The translations under genes and the position numbers were made by a program. Positions 37,997 through 50,229 of a stretch of 64,000 nucleotides of DNA are shown here, one piece after another. Numbering within the stretch: the first letter of the stretch is position 1; each line of letters opens with the position of its first letter. The stretch spans positions 23,250,001-23,314,000 of the forward strand of contig CATNEN010000038.1 of assembly GCA_950097015.1 (NCBI GenBank), read 5' to 3'. The notes beneath the pieces are model-generated. The model searched no databases. It saw only the letters and a program-made list of their open reading frames with translations, and was not told the DNA's origin. This DNA comes from Macrostomum hystrix. Lineage: Eukaryota > Animalia > Platyhelminthes.

Positions 37997-39329
37997 CTTT
38001 TATTTTTTTTTTGGCCTTGGGCCTGCGTCGCCATGTTCGTACCGCCACTTTTCTCGCCTCCGCCTCTTTGATCTGGACATTAATAGGCGGGTAAAGCTTG
38101 CGGCTTTAACCGCTTTTAATGTTTGAGCAATCCGCCTCGCTACCTTCTCTTTACCAGTCACTCTGCTCACCTAGCTGTACATCCTAGTTTGCGCTACCTT
38201 GCGTGTTTTACGTACTGAGCGTGTGCACTATCACCACCACCCCTAATTCCCGGGGCACGTGCCTACCACGTAGTTTTATTTGACAACTCTCTCAGCGTGA
38301 GAGGGTGTCGCTGCTGCTCAATTGTCAAAATTTTTCTTTCTTCTTTTTGCTTTTACCTCCGGTCGTTTTATTTCTTCGTCCAAAAATACACTGCTTAATG
38401 CTTAATCGCTTTAGGGCCTGCGTCGCCATGTTCGTACCGCCACTTTTCTCGCCTCCGCCTCTTTGATCTGGACATTAATCCCTAACAGTGGAGCAATCTC
38501 TTAGCCAGAAGCACCATACTGATTCGGGAAAATTTCTGATAGAATGGCGCAAATTTGAAGAAAATTGGTCGAAAAGTTTTTTTGTAAAACCGATTACATA
38601 CAGACAGATATTTTAATTTTTAGTATATATAAGTATATAGATTGATGGCATAGTTTGAAGATTCTGAGCTCCTATGTTTAAAGGGTTCAGTGTATCCAAT
38701 GGAAGTACAGAATTGGAAAGAATTGACAACTTTGGTGTTGTACATGACGCGAATTGTCTAATTGAGAATCCTGACTTTATCCAATTAGGAAGCGGGGCAG
38801 GTTTTATTCCTGGATGAGGATGATGGCGGTGTTAATTAGGAAGGTTATAAAAACAAAAGAAGAGATTTAATTATACTGTTGCTAACGCAGAGTATAGAAA
38901 ATTGGATATATTTGTACCGTTGAGGTTAATGAGTGGATTTTGTAACACGTTAATTAATCGATCGACTACCAATTTCAGTTAAAGTCACACGGGAGGATCG
39001 AGTTAGAGGTTTATAGGCCTACGCAGGTGCTAATCACAGAGGAATGGAGGCAAAATTATTGAGTGTAGAGTTACGCATGGAAGTCATTGAGCCAAGGACA
39101 GCTTTGAAGGTGGAATATTTGAAAGCTATTGAAACAGATGCTGAGGCTGCATATGCTGCTTATATGTGTAGGGCAGAATGCAATGAGACAAGAACTAGCA
39201 TTCGTATTAAAGAGGGATCATGTAGTAACCCAAAATATGATATAACTACTATGAGAGATGCCAACATGAGATATTCACATGGAGCTGTTAGATCAATAAA
39301 CATCTGAGTCAAAAGTATCAGACTCAATA

Positions 39330-39816
39330 TCCCATGTTTGGTGCGGATGTGTCAGCTCGAGGGATTCTCACTGATAACAGGTCCACTGATTCGCCCTGTC
39401 GCTGCGCTTGCCGCCCACCTCCGCGAGAAACAATTTTTCGAGCCTCCTTAACCACGGCATCTCCGAGCACAGTTTCTCGGGCCACAGTCGGCGCAGAGGA
39501 GAAGCCAGCGCTGCTTTCCAGAGCGGCCTCTCCGTGGACGGCATCCACTGCGATCCACTGGTGACTGGCGGTCTGACTCTGTTCTGCGATATTTCTCCGG
39601 TGGCGCGACCTTTGCGCGTAGGCGCTCCGCTGCGCAGCGGGTCGCTTGCTGACGCAGCAATTCTGTGCCTTTTTGCCCTCTCTTCTTTCCCTTTCTCCCT
39701 ACATTTTTCGGAGTTGGGATCGCCTTCCTCTCCTCGCTGCTCGCGCTTTCGCTTTCTCTTTCACCTTCTATTCGCCTTTGCCTTTGCTTTGCTACTTTGT
39801 GGGGCTGTAGGTTAAT
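39330..39816 (+). pseudogene. Decayed 3' remnant of a third YR retrotransposon
   Basis: FSGHSRRRGEASAAF..G followed after a frameshift by GDWRSDSVLRYF; pyrimidine-rich B-like tail ending in TAAT (39813-39816). Confidence 0.78.
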
Positions 39817-40097
39817 GATTTTTTACTACATTCTGGCCTAGCCTGATAATATGCAATCACAAGGACTCAAAAAAGTACTTCAGCACTTAATGGATTGTTT
39901 GTCACGACTTCAGCAGAAACCGAACCGCCAAGTCCATGCGAAGGCATCACGTGCTCCAGCGATCACCCCATACTTAACAGAGAGTATTTAACACTCGTTC
40001 AGACACGGATATTGTCCTGACGGCCTCACACTCTGCACAAACTTCAAAGCAATAATTCTAAACAGAAAGCTTTCAAACTAAATCACTGTGCTATTCA

Positions 40098-42763
40098 ATG
40101 AAATCCTTCAGAGTGCAAGTTGTGGAAACTGCAGCGCTGGCTCTGCTGCTCTGCTCGCTGGCAGCTGGCCAGGTCTCCCAGTGCGCAGCCACAGGCTCAC
40201 CGCAGCTTCGCTTCGTGGCCCAGCTCAATGTGAACGGCTGCGCGCTGTTTGTGCACGATACGGGAGCGAGCGACGGTCCGCACTTTGCGATCGAGCCGGT
40301 CATGTGCGTGACGAAGAGGCCTGAAGTCTCTAGTTACGTCATTCTCCGGCCCACTGGCGAGAGTTACTATAAATCACTTCGTGTCCATGTGCTGCTGATG
40401 GATGATGGAATGCTCGCAGCAGCAAAACGCCAGCTGGAGCACCTGTCACCGAGGTCCGTGAGCTTCCTGAAGTTTCCAAGGATAAAGTATTCTGGAAGTT
40501 TAATGGAAGTAACCATGGAAACCAACGGCACAGTGGAAGCTTTATATGATGGCTTCAACGTCATGTCTGGTATTTGGGGTAACATCGTGCTTCGGAGTCG
40601 GAGTGCCGTCTACGATTTCTCAGAAATAGGCGCCATATTGTAAGTTGCCAGTAATAAGCTCACGCAGCTAGGAATATAATAGAGTTCGATTTGATTTGAA
40701 ATTGGAGCAGATCATTTTCCGCAGATCAGAAATTCAATCAGATCCATCGGTGTTGTTAAACGATCTGATGCTGACCGTACCTATTGGTAAGGATGCTGAA
40801 ACCTGCTATCAACGTAGCTACCGCCCGATGCTGCAGAACCAGACCTTTGATCCCGAAGTGGTGAGAAAGAATTACTACCTCCCGGCATGTCAGGAGATAG
40901 TATTCATCCGCTCAATCAACCTCGCGAACTGCACTGCTCGAGTGCACCAGAAGCGCTGTTTCTGGCAGCTCGAGGGCCACTTCCTCATCGAGCCTCTGCT
41001 GTGCCACAACATCAGCAGCTTGAGCAACGAGTCAGTCATGTATGACTACCTCCGTAGGATGTACTACCTCAAGCTGGATGTAGTGCTGCAAGATGAGGTC
41101 ACTCTAGAAGCTGTGAGGTCTCAGCTGGCTGATCTGTCTCCTCGCTCGGTCACCTTCATGAAACTGTGGAGTGCTCAGAGCATTGTGAGCTCTGAGCACA
41201 ATGTGAGCTCAATCGGTCCGCTGAGGGTGTCGGTAGACTGGAAGACTGCTCAGCTGCTGTTGTTCTGCAGATTCGAGGGACAATGCCATGAGCTGAGGTC
41301 AGTGAAAATAGGTACTCATAATTTGAAAGAACGCTTATAAAAAGTAATATTTCCCTTTTTCTATAAGGTCGGAAATAATTTTCGATCCAGTCAACTTGTT
41401 CCGCCATATTGGGTGGCACGTGACAGCGATAGCGAGTCAGCAGTGCCTTTTCAAGTCGGACGAGCCGCGGTTTCTGGAGCAGACTGGGATGAGACAAACT
41501 GGAACAGTTGGGTGCAAATGTGATGTCAACCGATGCTCAACTGCATTGCAGAAAAAAATTTGTCCCTCGTGGTTTCGCAGAGTGCAGCGGGGTGACCGGA
41601 ACTTTGTCAAGATCATGCAGTGGAGCATCACCGCGAGCGTCAGTTTCAACCGCACCCTTGCTGAGTATGAGGCGGGGTTCGGCGATGAGACAGACTTCTG
41701 GATCGGTGTGTGAATTCGTCCGCTTTTTATTTCCAAATTAAAGAGGAAATTTGTACTTTAAAGTGGAGCTGAGTTCAAAATTAGTCGCAGTGGTAAACTG
41801 AGGTGTTTAGAAGAGAAGAAGAGACAAGAGCATTGGGCTGTTTAATCTCTTGCAAGAACGGGTGGGAGAAGGGTTTTCTGTGGCGAATTGCTGACTGACG
41901 AAGGCAAACAAGCTAGAAGCAGCGCGAGGTTCGACCCCCGTTTTACTGTGTGACCAACCGAAAGCATTGATAGTTCAAAGGGCACCATCAGTCATAGATG
42001 AGGTCATCCTCCTCATTCGGTTTTTTCTTCAAACAGAGTGACTGACCATTGTGGCGAGAATAGCCCTGTCCATTATCTCTTTTTGACGTTGGGGGTGGCA
42101 ACTGGGTGATGAAGATTGGTGAATGCCTTTGGCTTCCTGGAGCACAGGTAACTCGAACATATCTGGAGTGCGCCCTTGTGGGTCCTCATATCTGGGTAGG
42201 TACATATTCAATGGTCTCTCCAGATGTAATGACTTTTGCGTTCTCAGGGGGTTGTACTAGAAAACAAGTTCCATCGAAAACAGTTTTGTTCCAGTTTGTA
42301 ATCTGAAAAACTCTGATTGTAGGAATTTCATCATGAGACAGCCGAATAGAATATCGACGTGAGAAATGCCCGTGTTACCTTAGTTTTCGTTATAGTATAT
42401 TATTTTATAGTCAGATTATTAACAATCAGATAAGTCCCGGTTTCCGCATGCAGTTTCACAGCAAAATCAATGAATCGATTGTCAGCTGAATTTGGCCATT
42501 CGCATCAACGCCTCCAACTTCTGTCCAATCCCGCAGGTTTCTCCGCCACCCACTCGCTGAGCGCAGACGGTGCCACACTCAGATTGGAGATGGAGCTGTT
42601 GAATGGGACTGAGCTGCATGCTGAGTATGCTGGATTCCGGGTGGGAAACGCCAGCACCAAATATAATAATACGTTCGGAGACAAGCTGACAGCTGACAAT
42701 CCATTGCCATTCCAAGTCTCTGTGCAGTCTCTCCAGTCAATGCGGGCTCTGCTAGAGGTGTGA
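40098..42763 (+). CDS. Predicted secreted protein (~559 aa): signal peptide, tandem uncharacterised repeats, truncated fibrinogen-related domain (FReD)
   Basis: Exons 40098-40639, 40725-41297, 41368-41705, 42537-42763 (GT..AG, phases 2,2,1; 1680 nt, open). Hydrophobic N-terminus ALALLLCSLAAG. FReD motifs FNRTLAEYEAGFGDETDFWIG|FSATHSL..LRLEMELLNG..AEYAGFRVGNASTKY. The 3' end of the gene model is uncertain. Confidence 0.72.
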
Positions 42764-43759
42764 TCAGCAGCAGCTGAGTAATCGGTCAAGGATGGCGTAA
42801 AATTTAACTTCTCCACTGCAGCCAGTGGCAACTTATTTTCCATTGTGCTGTGACAATATATTTCCTGCCTTATCTGAAACAATAACAGTCAGAATACACA
42901 GGAGGAAATCACTCTATTATCATCTTGCTGAATGCACAATGGAACTATTGGTTAATCAAAATATATATATTCATTAAATTCGGAGTAAATCTATTCAACT
43001 CTATACTCACGCTGCTCATTCATCCGTTTGTTTTAATAAGATCTAAGGCTTTCGAAGACAGGTCGAAACCGAAGTAGCGAAAAATGCATTGAAGTAGCCG
43101 ATTTGTTGTCAGAAAGCCAAATAAAATGAAAACCTGCCTTATTTGAGAGTCCTTCTTTAGCTGTGAGTAGGGAACTCTGCCCTTCTGAAATAAAAGCATG
43201 CTCAGGCCACCTCGAACCCATTAGTCTGAGCATTTAATTGCTAGTCCACCTTGACTGCTCATTAGTACTCGCTAATAATGTCTAGCTAAAAACCGACAAT
43301 GCGCGTGCATCCCTCTACTGTAGGCAGAAAGGAACTCATTCAAGCAAGTCTATCAGAAGGCCAATGCTGCCAATAAACTGATCCAGCTGCCAAAGCGCTG
43401 AGGAAAGCTGGTGATAAGCTACACTTATCCTACTACTCACCACAAACAGTAGTAGTATGATGCCAATGCACTTCTCAGGTCTTTAAGAACGCACAGCTAA
43501 TATAAAAAGCTAAGGCTGAAAATGGATAGCTACACAATATTAGATTTACACACGACTTACAGGTTGTTAGCTACTAATACAATTAGCAAAATTGAGCAAA
43601 ACTATTAATGTCAAATCGATAAAGCACAGGCTAAAATGTCACTAATCAGCAGACAGATGCCACACAGTTGATTGGAAAACTGCACTGACGAATTCAGACT
43701 TTCAGCCAACGGACTCGCATCTTAGATTAGGAAATATATAGGATAGATAGGACATTATT

Positions 43760-45440
43760 ATGGGAAACCGGAGGCAATTAACCAATTTTCCAAATCTAGT
43801 CTACAATAATACTACTGCCATCATGGACTATGTGAAAGCTAATCTACTAGCTAAATCACCTAGTGATAAAATGAGGCCAGAACCCAGTACCTCTAGAAGG
43901 TTCAAAACCAAAGTGGCCTCTATCACTAGCAACCATACCAACTTTCAACCGCTAAACAACCCAGACCCAAATCAAATAAAATCCGAGGAAACCAATACCG
44001 ATCTCAAAGAACCAATCCGAATAGCAGACGTCACCTGGGAACTAGCCCACTTTAGGTCGGGAGGTGCTCCGGGCCCAAACGGCATTCCCAATATTATACT
44101 CAAAAAAGGTCTCAGCCCCTCGTTGTGCTCACCAAAATCTTAGACAACTGTCTCAAAATAGGCTTCTTCCAAAAAACCTGGAAAAAATCCCACACCACGA
44201 TGCTCTATAAACCAGACAAACCCAGGAAAGACCCGCTTAGCTACAGACCCATCAGACTCACCTCCTGCATATAGGGAAAGTGTTTGAAAAAATACTGAAA
44301 AAGCGGTTGTACAAATTCTTAGAAGAAAATAACACACTTGGACATAAACAATGTGCCTACAGAGAAAAACACTGCTCGCATGACAATTTAGCCAGACTTG
44401 TCCATGACATCATGGTAGGTAAAACCAAAAACAGATCAGCTATCGGAGTTTTCTTTGTTGTGGAAGGAGCTTTTAATAAAATCTGGCATGACGCACTGCG
44501 CTATAGACTCCATAAAATCAAACTACCCACCAGACTAACCAGGAAACTATATGTCAGACCGTGAGATTGCCGTTAGAGTTAACGGTCAACTCAGTGACTA
44601 CTTCACGCCCGAGGCCGGTGTTCCCCAGGGTGGGCTACTCAGCCCAATCCTCTTCCTCATTGTGGTTGCCACAATGGCCAAACTCAAAGACATCAGAGTC
44701 AGAGCCAGTCAATTTGCTGACGACATGTCGATATGGTGCCAGTCCCTGAAAGCTAGCGTAGCTGGTAAACTCATTCAAGAGTTCATTGAAGAATACCAAA
44801 AATGGCTAAGCATATACAAGCAAGTCAATCGAAACAAGAGCAAAGCCATCGACTTCATCCACAAAACCAAAATCTTTGGATTTTGAAACAGCCTCCTCCC
44901 ATCACCTTCAACGGAACCATCATCAACTATCAACCCAACGTCAAAATCCTTGGAGTCACTCTTAATCCTCAACTCACACTCTCAGCTCACTGCTTCAACA
45001 CTATCAAAATCTGCGACGAAAGGGTTCTGCAACTACTCAGAGTTGTTCAACTCACCAAGGCCACCACTAGTTCACTCATCGCAATCTACAGAGCCTGCAT
45101 CGAAAGCATCATCACATATGCCTCACCTAATCTCACTCTACTTAGTAAATATCCATGGATTGCTGCAGGTCATACAAAATCGTGCTCTGTGTCACTGTCA
45201 TGATGCTCCTAAATACTGCAAAGCTGCCTTCCTACAAAAGCTTTTTAATGTCGAACCAATCAAAACCAGAATTGATAATCTAGCCAGTAGGTGGTACGTA
45301 CGGGCTAGTGCTAACAAAATACATGGACTAGACAGCGTCACTGATATCTCGATCACTAGCTAAAAACACTAAGATACCACTGTTCCAACAGCTCAAGAAA
45401 ATAAGCAGATAGGGAACCTACAAGCCCAGACGGTTTATTA
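43760..45440 (+). mobile_element. Decayed, 5'-truncated non-LTR retrotransposon (LINE; Jockey/I-like RT) with several frameshifts
   Basis: APGPNGIP, WKK...KP.K....SYRPI, VPQGGLLSPILF, QFADD, VKILGVTL spread across different frames. Confidence 0.9.
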
Positions 45441-45444
45441 TGCT

Positions 45445-45750
45445 GAGTGCGGCATGTGATATGGGATTGTGAGTGCGGCATGTGATATGGGATTGTGAGT
45501 GCGGCATGTGATATGGGATTGTGAGTGCAGCATGTGATATGGGATTGTGAGTGCGGCATGTGATATGGGATTGTGAGTGCAGCATGTGATATGGGATTGT
45601 GAGTGCAGCATGTGATATGGGATTGTGAGTGCAGCATGTGATATGGGATTGTGAGTGCGGCATGTGATATGGGATTGTGAGTGCAGCATGTGATATGGGA
45701 TTGTGAGTGCAGCATGTGATATGGGATTGTGAGTGCAGCATGTGATATGG
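45445..45750. repeat. 26-bp minisatellite (GAGTGCRGCATGTGATATGGGATTGT)n
   Basis: Visible, about 12 copies directly after the LINE 3' end. Confidence 0.95.
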
Positions 45751-45761
45751 TTAATTGAAAT

Positions 45762-46072
45762 TGAGACTTTATAATGGTTAATGAGTGGATGAGACTTTGA
45801 AATGGTTAATGATTGGATGAGACTTTGAAATGGCTAATGAGTGGATGAGACTTTGAAATGGTTAATGATTGGATGAGACTTTGAAATGGCTAATGAGTCG
45901 ATGAGACTTTGAAATGGCTAATGAGTGGATGAGACTTTGAAATGACTAATGAGTGGATGAGACTTTGAAACTGTTAATGAGTGGATGAGACTTTGAAATT
46001 GGTCATGAGGGGATGTGAATTTGAAGTGGTTAATGATTGGATGAGACTTTGAAGTGGTTAGTGAGTGGATTT
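45762..46072. repeat. 28-bp minisatellite (GAGACTTTGAAATGGTTAATGAGTGGAT)n
   Basis: Visible, about 11 copies. Confidence 0.93.
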
Positions 46073-46107
46073 TTGAATTTGTGATTTAAATTGAAACGAA
46101 ACATCGT

Positions 46108-46712
46108 TGTGGGAAGCAAACAGGTTAACCGCTCTGCCACCTACCCGTTGAAAGGGGAGCTTAAGGAAATCGCTGACCCAGTTTCAAAGAGACTTGTTAA
46201 TAATCAGACTCGGAATTTTGGGCCCGAAAGAAACAGTGAGAGCTGGGTGTTGTGGTTCACCTACATGTGCAGGTAGGCCTACAGCTAGGTTGGGTAAGCT
46301 GCGACTCCCCAGGTCCCCAGAGAAGCGCCGCTCTACCCGCGTCTGGAGGAATGACAGAGAGAAACAACAACAGACTCACAGTACCTCGGCTGATGCAACA
46401 GTTAGTAGCCGGTCGGTTTTATTTGCACTAAAATAGACAGTCTCGTAACAGGTGGGCAGACGAGGTTAGCAGGGTCTAATTTCCTGGGCACAACTAGCTA
46501 GGTTGGCACCACAGAACTCCGGGCTTTAGCGACAAAACAAACAGGGGGTGGGGTACGAGAGCGCACAAGGCGGGTGAGATGTACATTCAACAATTAGGGG
46601 TAGGCTGGGCGATCGATACATATGAACTGGGGTGGGGCACGCTAGCCGACTGGCGGGGCAGGGAATGAGAAAGAGATGAAAATGATAGGGCAGAGGTGAG
46701 GGCTGCGTCACA
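46108..46712 (-). mobile_element. Possible solo LTR
   Basis: 605-bp GC-elevated non-coding block with TGTG...CACA termini and a minus-strand AATAAA near 46420. No TSD found. Confidence 0.3.
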
Positions 46713-47468
46713 ACAAGAGTGTGCATGCCTGACGACTTGCTCATTGCAAAAGTGTGTGCTCTGGACTAAGCGTAGGCATAAAACGAAAGTGTTAGGCAGA
46801 ATGGTACGCAGAGTGGTAGCTAGAATGAAATCTTCATTCTATATCATATACCTCGTGGTATTCTAGCTACCATTTTAGCTACCATTCTACCTACCATTCT
46901 GCCTAACACTCCAGCTACCATTTGGCCGAAAATTCTAGCTGCCATTCTGCTGGTTTTTAACAACTTGACTCCGACGACGTCAGCATGACGATGTTGAAAT
47001 GACGTGACGTGACGAAAAAAAACTTTGCTTTAGTTGGCTTTTGTTTTTCTAGCTACCATCCCGTCGACAATGATGAAGAAACTGATGAATATTAATAGAG
47101 GAGTACAATTACAAGCTACAATAACATGCAACCATTTCACATCATACTTTCACCTATGCCTGAGTATACTATATTTTACATATTTCTAACAAATATAAAC
47201 TTCATTCTATGCAGATGTGCAACTACCTCGTACATTTATCATTAAGCAGAAAATAACTATATTTAGCATCCGAAATTTTCGACAATGTACATTCTTACTT
47301 CACGAAGAAAGGGTTCTACTGAGTGGCAGGCCAGTGTACAGTGGTGCGCACATTTAGTTGCCGTGTTCCATGGCCCCTGTACATTTCAGTTTAGCTGCTA
47401 GTTACAATTGCAAAGAATGTGAGAAGACCGTCCGACCCGAGTAAAGCTCGAGTTAGAAATCTCACAAA

Positions 47469-48911
47469 ATGTCTTCTGTGATCTGCGTGATCTGTCGTGA
47501 CAACGACAAAACTGAATGGTCGGCCCTCGCCTGTGGTCACGTGTTCCATCAGGACTGCCTTGCCACCTGGCTGACTCACGGAGTCAGATGTCCGCATTGC
47601 AACCGTCCAGGAAGCAGTGTCATCCGGATCTACTTTGCTACCGAGGACGACCGCGCTCAACATCAGCGACGACGACAGGATCTTGACCAAGCGACTGGTG
47701 GAGCTTCCACAGCGGCAGCTGAGGAAGAGATGCAACAGCTCCGACAGATGCTGTTCTTAGAGACACAGGACAATCAGGCGGGCTGGAAGCAGGCACAGGA
47801 GTTGGAAAAGCAGAACGATAAACTGCGCAACGATCTCAGCCTCGAGGCGCAACAGCGGGCCAAAGAGTTTGAGGAACTTCAGATATGCATGCTTAACCGG
47901 GAGGAGCAGATGGAGGAAGTGCTGCGCCTTGCAGCCATAGAGCAGAGGGAAAGTCAGGAGAGGCTATGTCAGATGCAGTTAACTAATCAGAGCCTGGAGG
48001 AGACCAAGACTCAATTGAATCGGCAGTTGAGATCTGCGGAACAGAACAATAGCAAACTCCGAATTCAGATTGAAGTTTTGCGGGCCAATGATAGTACCGT
48101 ATCAGGGAGACAGCAGGAACTTGAGAGGCAAGTGGCCCAACTCGAAGCCTCTGCTCAGAGCTACAAGCGACAGTTGGAGTCTGAGCAGCGAAGCCGGTAT
48201 TTGGATTCTGACAATGTGCTGGACTTAGTGACGGAGAACTCCAGATTGTCCAGCGAGTTAAGCCAGGTGCAGGTGGCCTACGCTGAGCTGCGCAGTGCAG
48301 CAAATAATGAGGTCAACAAGCAGAAAGAGATCGTTAACAAATCTCAGACTGAGCTCTGCGATCTGCGAGCAAAGTTTCGTACAGCAACGGAATGCTTCGT
48401 CAGGTGTGAGCGGGAGAAAAGCACTCTGTCTGAGCGATTGGAACAGAGAGACTTGCAGGTTAGGGAATTGGAGATGCAGCTCCGAAAGCAGCAAGGCATG
48501 GCAAAGAAGTCTGCACCAGTTTTCACTCATTCAAAAGATGAACTTTTGAAGACTACAAGACGACTTTCACTGGCCTGGCCTGCAGGAGAAACCGAGACTG
48601 ATTTGGACGTCAATATCTCGAATTTCCCAGTTTTTCAAATAAACGACACCGGAACTGCTCATCAGAGAAATCCTCAGTTGCTCAGAGCTGCTCATAGAAG
48701 TACACCGAATTTGTTCCAAGCTCAAACTGGCCGGAAATACGTAAGTAACCTCTATGACTCACCGCCGGTGACGCCGCCCGTTTTGCATCGCGCTGGCAGC
48801 ACCAAGACAGAGCTGGCGTTCTGTGCGGAAGGCGACATTGAGAACGCTACTCATCCGGCGACGAAGAAAAAAACCAAAGAAAAAGGCAAATCAAGGTGCA
48901 AACAAATGTGA
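47469..48911 (+). CDS. RING-H2 + long coiled-coil protein (TRAIP/NOPO-like architecture), intronless, 480 aa
   Basis: CVIC-x-CGHVFHQDC-x-W-x-CPHC, then about 270 aa of coiled coil and a basic C-terminus ending CKQM. Acceptor-like tttcag at about 47389 in the 5' region. Confidence 0.88.
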   Translation: MSSVICVICRDNDKTEWSALACGHVFHQDCLATWLTHGVRCPHCNRPGSSVIRIYFATEDDRAQHQRRRQDLDQATGGASTAAAEEEMQQLRQMLFLETQDNQAGWKQAQELEKQNDKLRNDLSLEAQQRAKEFEELQICMLNREEQMEEVLRLAAIEQRESQERLCQMQLTNQSLEETKTQLNRQLRSAEQNNSKLRIQIEVLRANDSTVSGRQQELERQVAQLEASAQSYKRQLESEQRSRYLDSDNVLDLVTENSRLSSELSQVQVAYAELRSAANNEVNKQKEIVNKSQTELCDLRAKFRTATECFVRCEREKSTLSERLEQRDLQVRELEMQLRKQQGMAKKSAPVFTHSKDELLKTTRRLSLAWPAGETETDLDVNISNFPVFQINDTGTAHQRNPQLLRAAHRSTPNLFQAQTGRKYVSNLYDSPPVTPPVLHRAGSTKTELAFCAEGDIENATHPATKKKTKEKGKSRCKQM

Positions 48912-49149
48912 CACAGAGCCACTAAACACTAGACACTAGATATTAACTTGCTAAATGTAGCTCGTACTTTTGAAGTGTATACATTTTCACTTTCGTTTTA
49001 TGCCTTAAATGTTTTTTATACTTTGTTAGGAAATTCTGCCCATTCTGCCCGAAAGGATAACAGCGTGTTTATGCGAGTTATAATCAAAAATAAGAAAAAT
49101 AAAACTCAAACTATAATCAAGCCTTCTAACTTTGGGCCTCAGGGCAGTG

Positions 49150-50110
49150 GCTTTTTATCTAGCTTTAAGTATGCTTTCTATGAAGTCCACAAAACTTTCT
49201 GTTAATTCTGTGCTTTCCTGTGTCATTAAATACACAATTTTGTCATCAGCTGTTAGGCTTTCGAAATTTTGAACATTGCCTGCCACTTTCTCTATGAATT
49301 TATTTCTAATTGGAACATAGACGGACCAATCGCATCTAAAGAGAATATGAGTTTCGTTCTCTACCTCGACTCTACATTTTGGATATGTTCTGTTTTCATA
49401 GGCGATTTTCTGTCTTTCAGTGCGCAATGTCTCACAGGCCAGTTTGTGGTTTCCTAGACGAAATCGGGACATTGTGCGCCTTTGTTCGGGGTTAGAGATT
49501 ATTTGTTAGGTACTTTTCTCTGGAGAAATCTTTCTTAAACGTATAATAGAAGTGGCTGAGCTTGGCTGATTTTCCCATCCTCTGAGTCCAGTGCCTTCGA
49601 AACTCTGACTCAAAGTTCTCCCTGTGCGTTTTGATGGACTTTGTTTTTCTAGTCTGTTGACAATTCCGCATTACTTCGCTATTCATTTTTCCCCAATGCC
49701 AACATCGCTGTATTCTGTATCTGCCACTAATTTCGCGATGATGGAGTCTGGTCGGCGCCGAACTGAGGACCAGTATTGAAGGCTTCTTTTTTGAATACTA
49801 TATAATAGTATTCAAAAAGTCTTCCTAATTCGGACCGAGCACCATTGCTGTCAGTGTTTGGACTAACTTGCAGAATCGACTTGCAGATTCTAAAATTAAT
49901 TCTCTCTATAAGGTTCCGATCCCAAGTACCCAGTTTCCAGGAGAAAAAAGCTCCCCAGGCCTCTGATGCATAGAGAACTATGCTTTCAATCATAGTTGTG
50001 CTAAACAGGATGAGCTGTTTGTGTTTTACTCTCTGAAATCCCGCCAACTTTCTCAGAAGCATTATTGGATATCCACTTTTTACCTAGTTCTACCTTAGCC
50101 TTTTTGTAAT
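49150..50110 (-). mobile_element. Decayed 3' fragment of a non-LTR retrotransposon (post-RT region and C-terminal zinc-knuckle-like motif)
   Basis: LF...IESIVLYASEAWG, ARSELGR, RFRLGNHKL.CE, C.VEVENETHILFRC..Y..IR in broken frames. Confidence 0.82.
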
Positions 50111-50229
50111 TCTGTCAGGTCTTCACCAAAAATGACAAAATCGTTTGTTTACTTCTTCATTCAATATGGAGGTATGGCTTTGAAATGAGCTTTTTAGAAT
50201 TGTGCTTAGCGGGTCGATCTATAACTTGG

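Larger units (their letters stand above)
35441..38479 (+). mobile_element. Ngaro-type tyrosine-recombinase retrotransposon #1, internally deleted (no gag)
   Basis: Split direct repeats: truncated A1 35441-35505 = start of A2 38081-38145; B1 38019-38080 = B2 38414-38475. Contains RT/RNaseH and YR ORFs; no DAM methylase domain seen. Confidence 0.92.

Noticed and set aside
45356-45741. His/Cys-rich minus-strand ORFs
   Set aside because: Translations of the 26-bp minisatellite.
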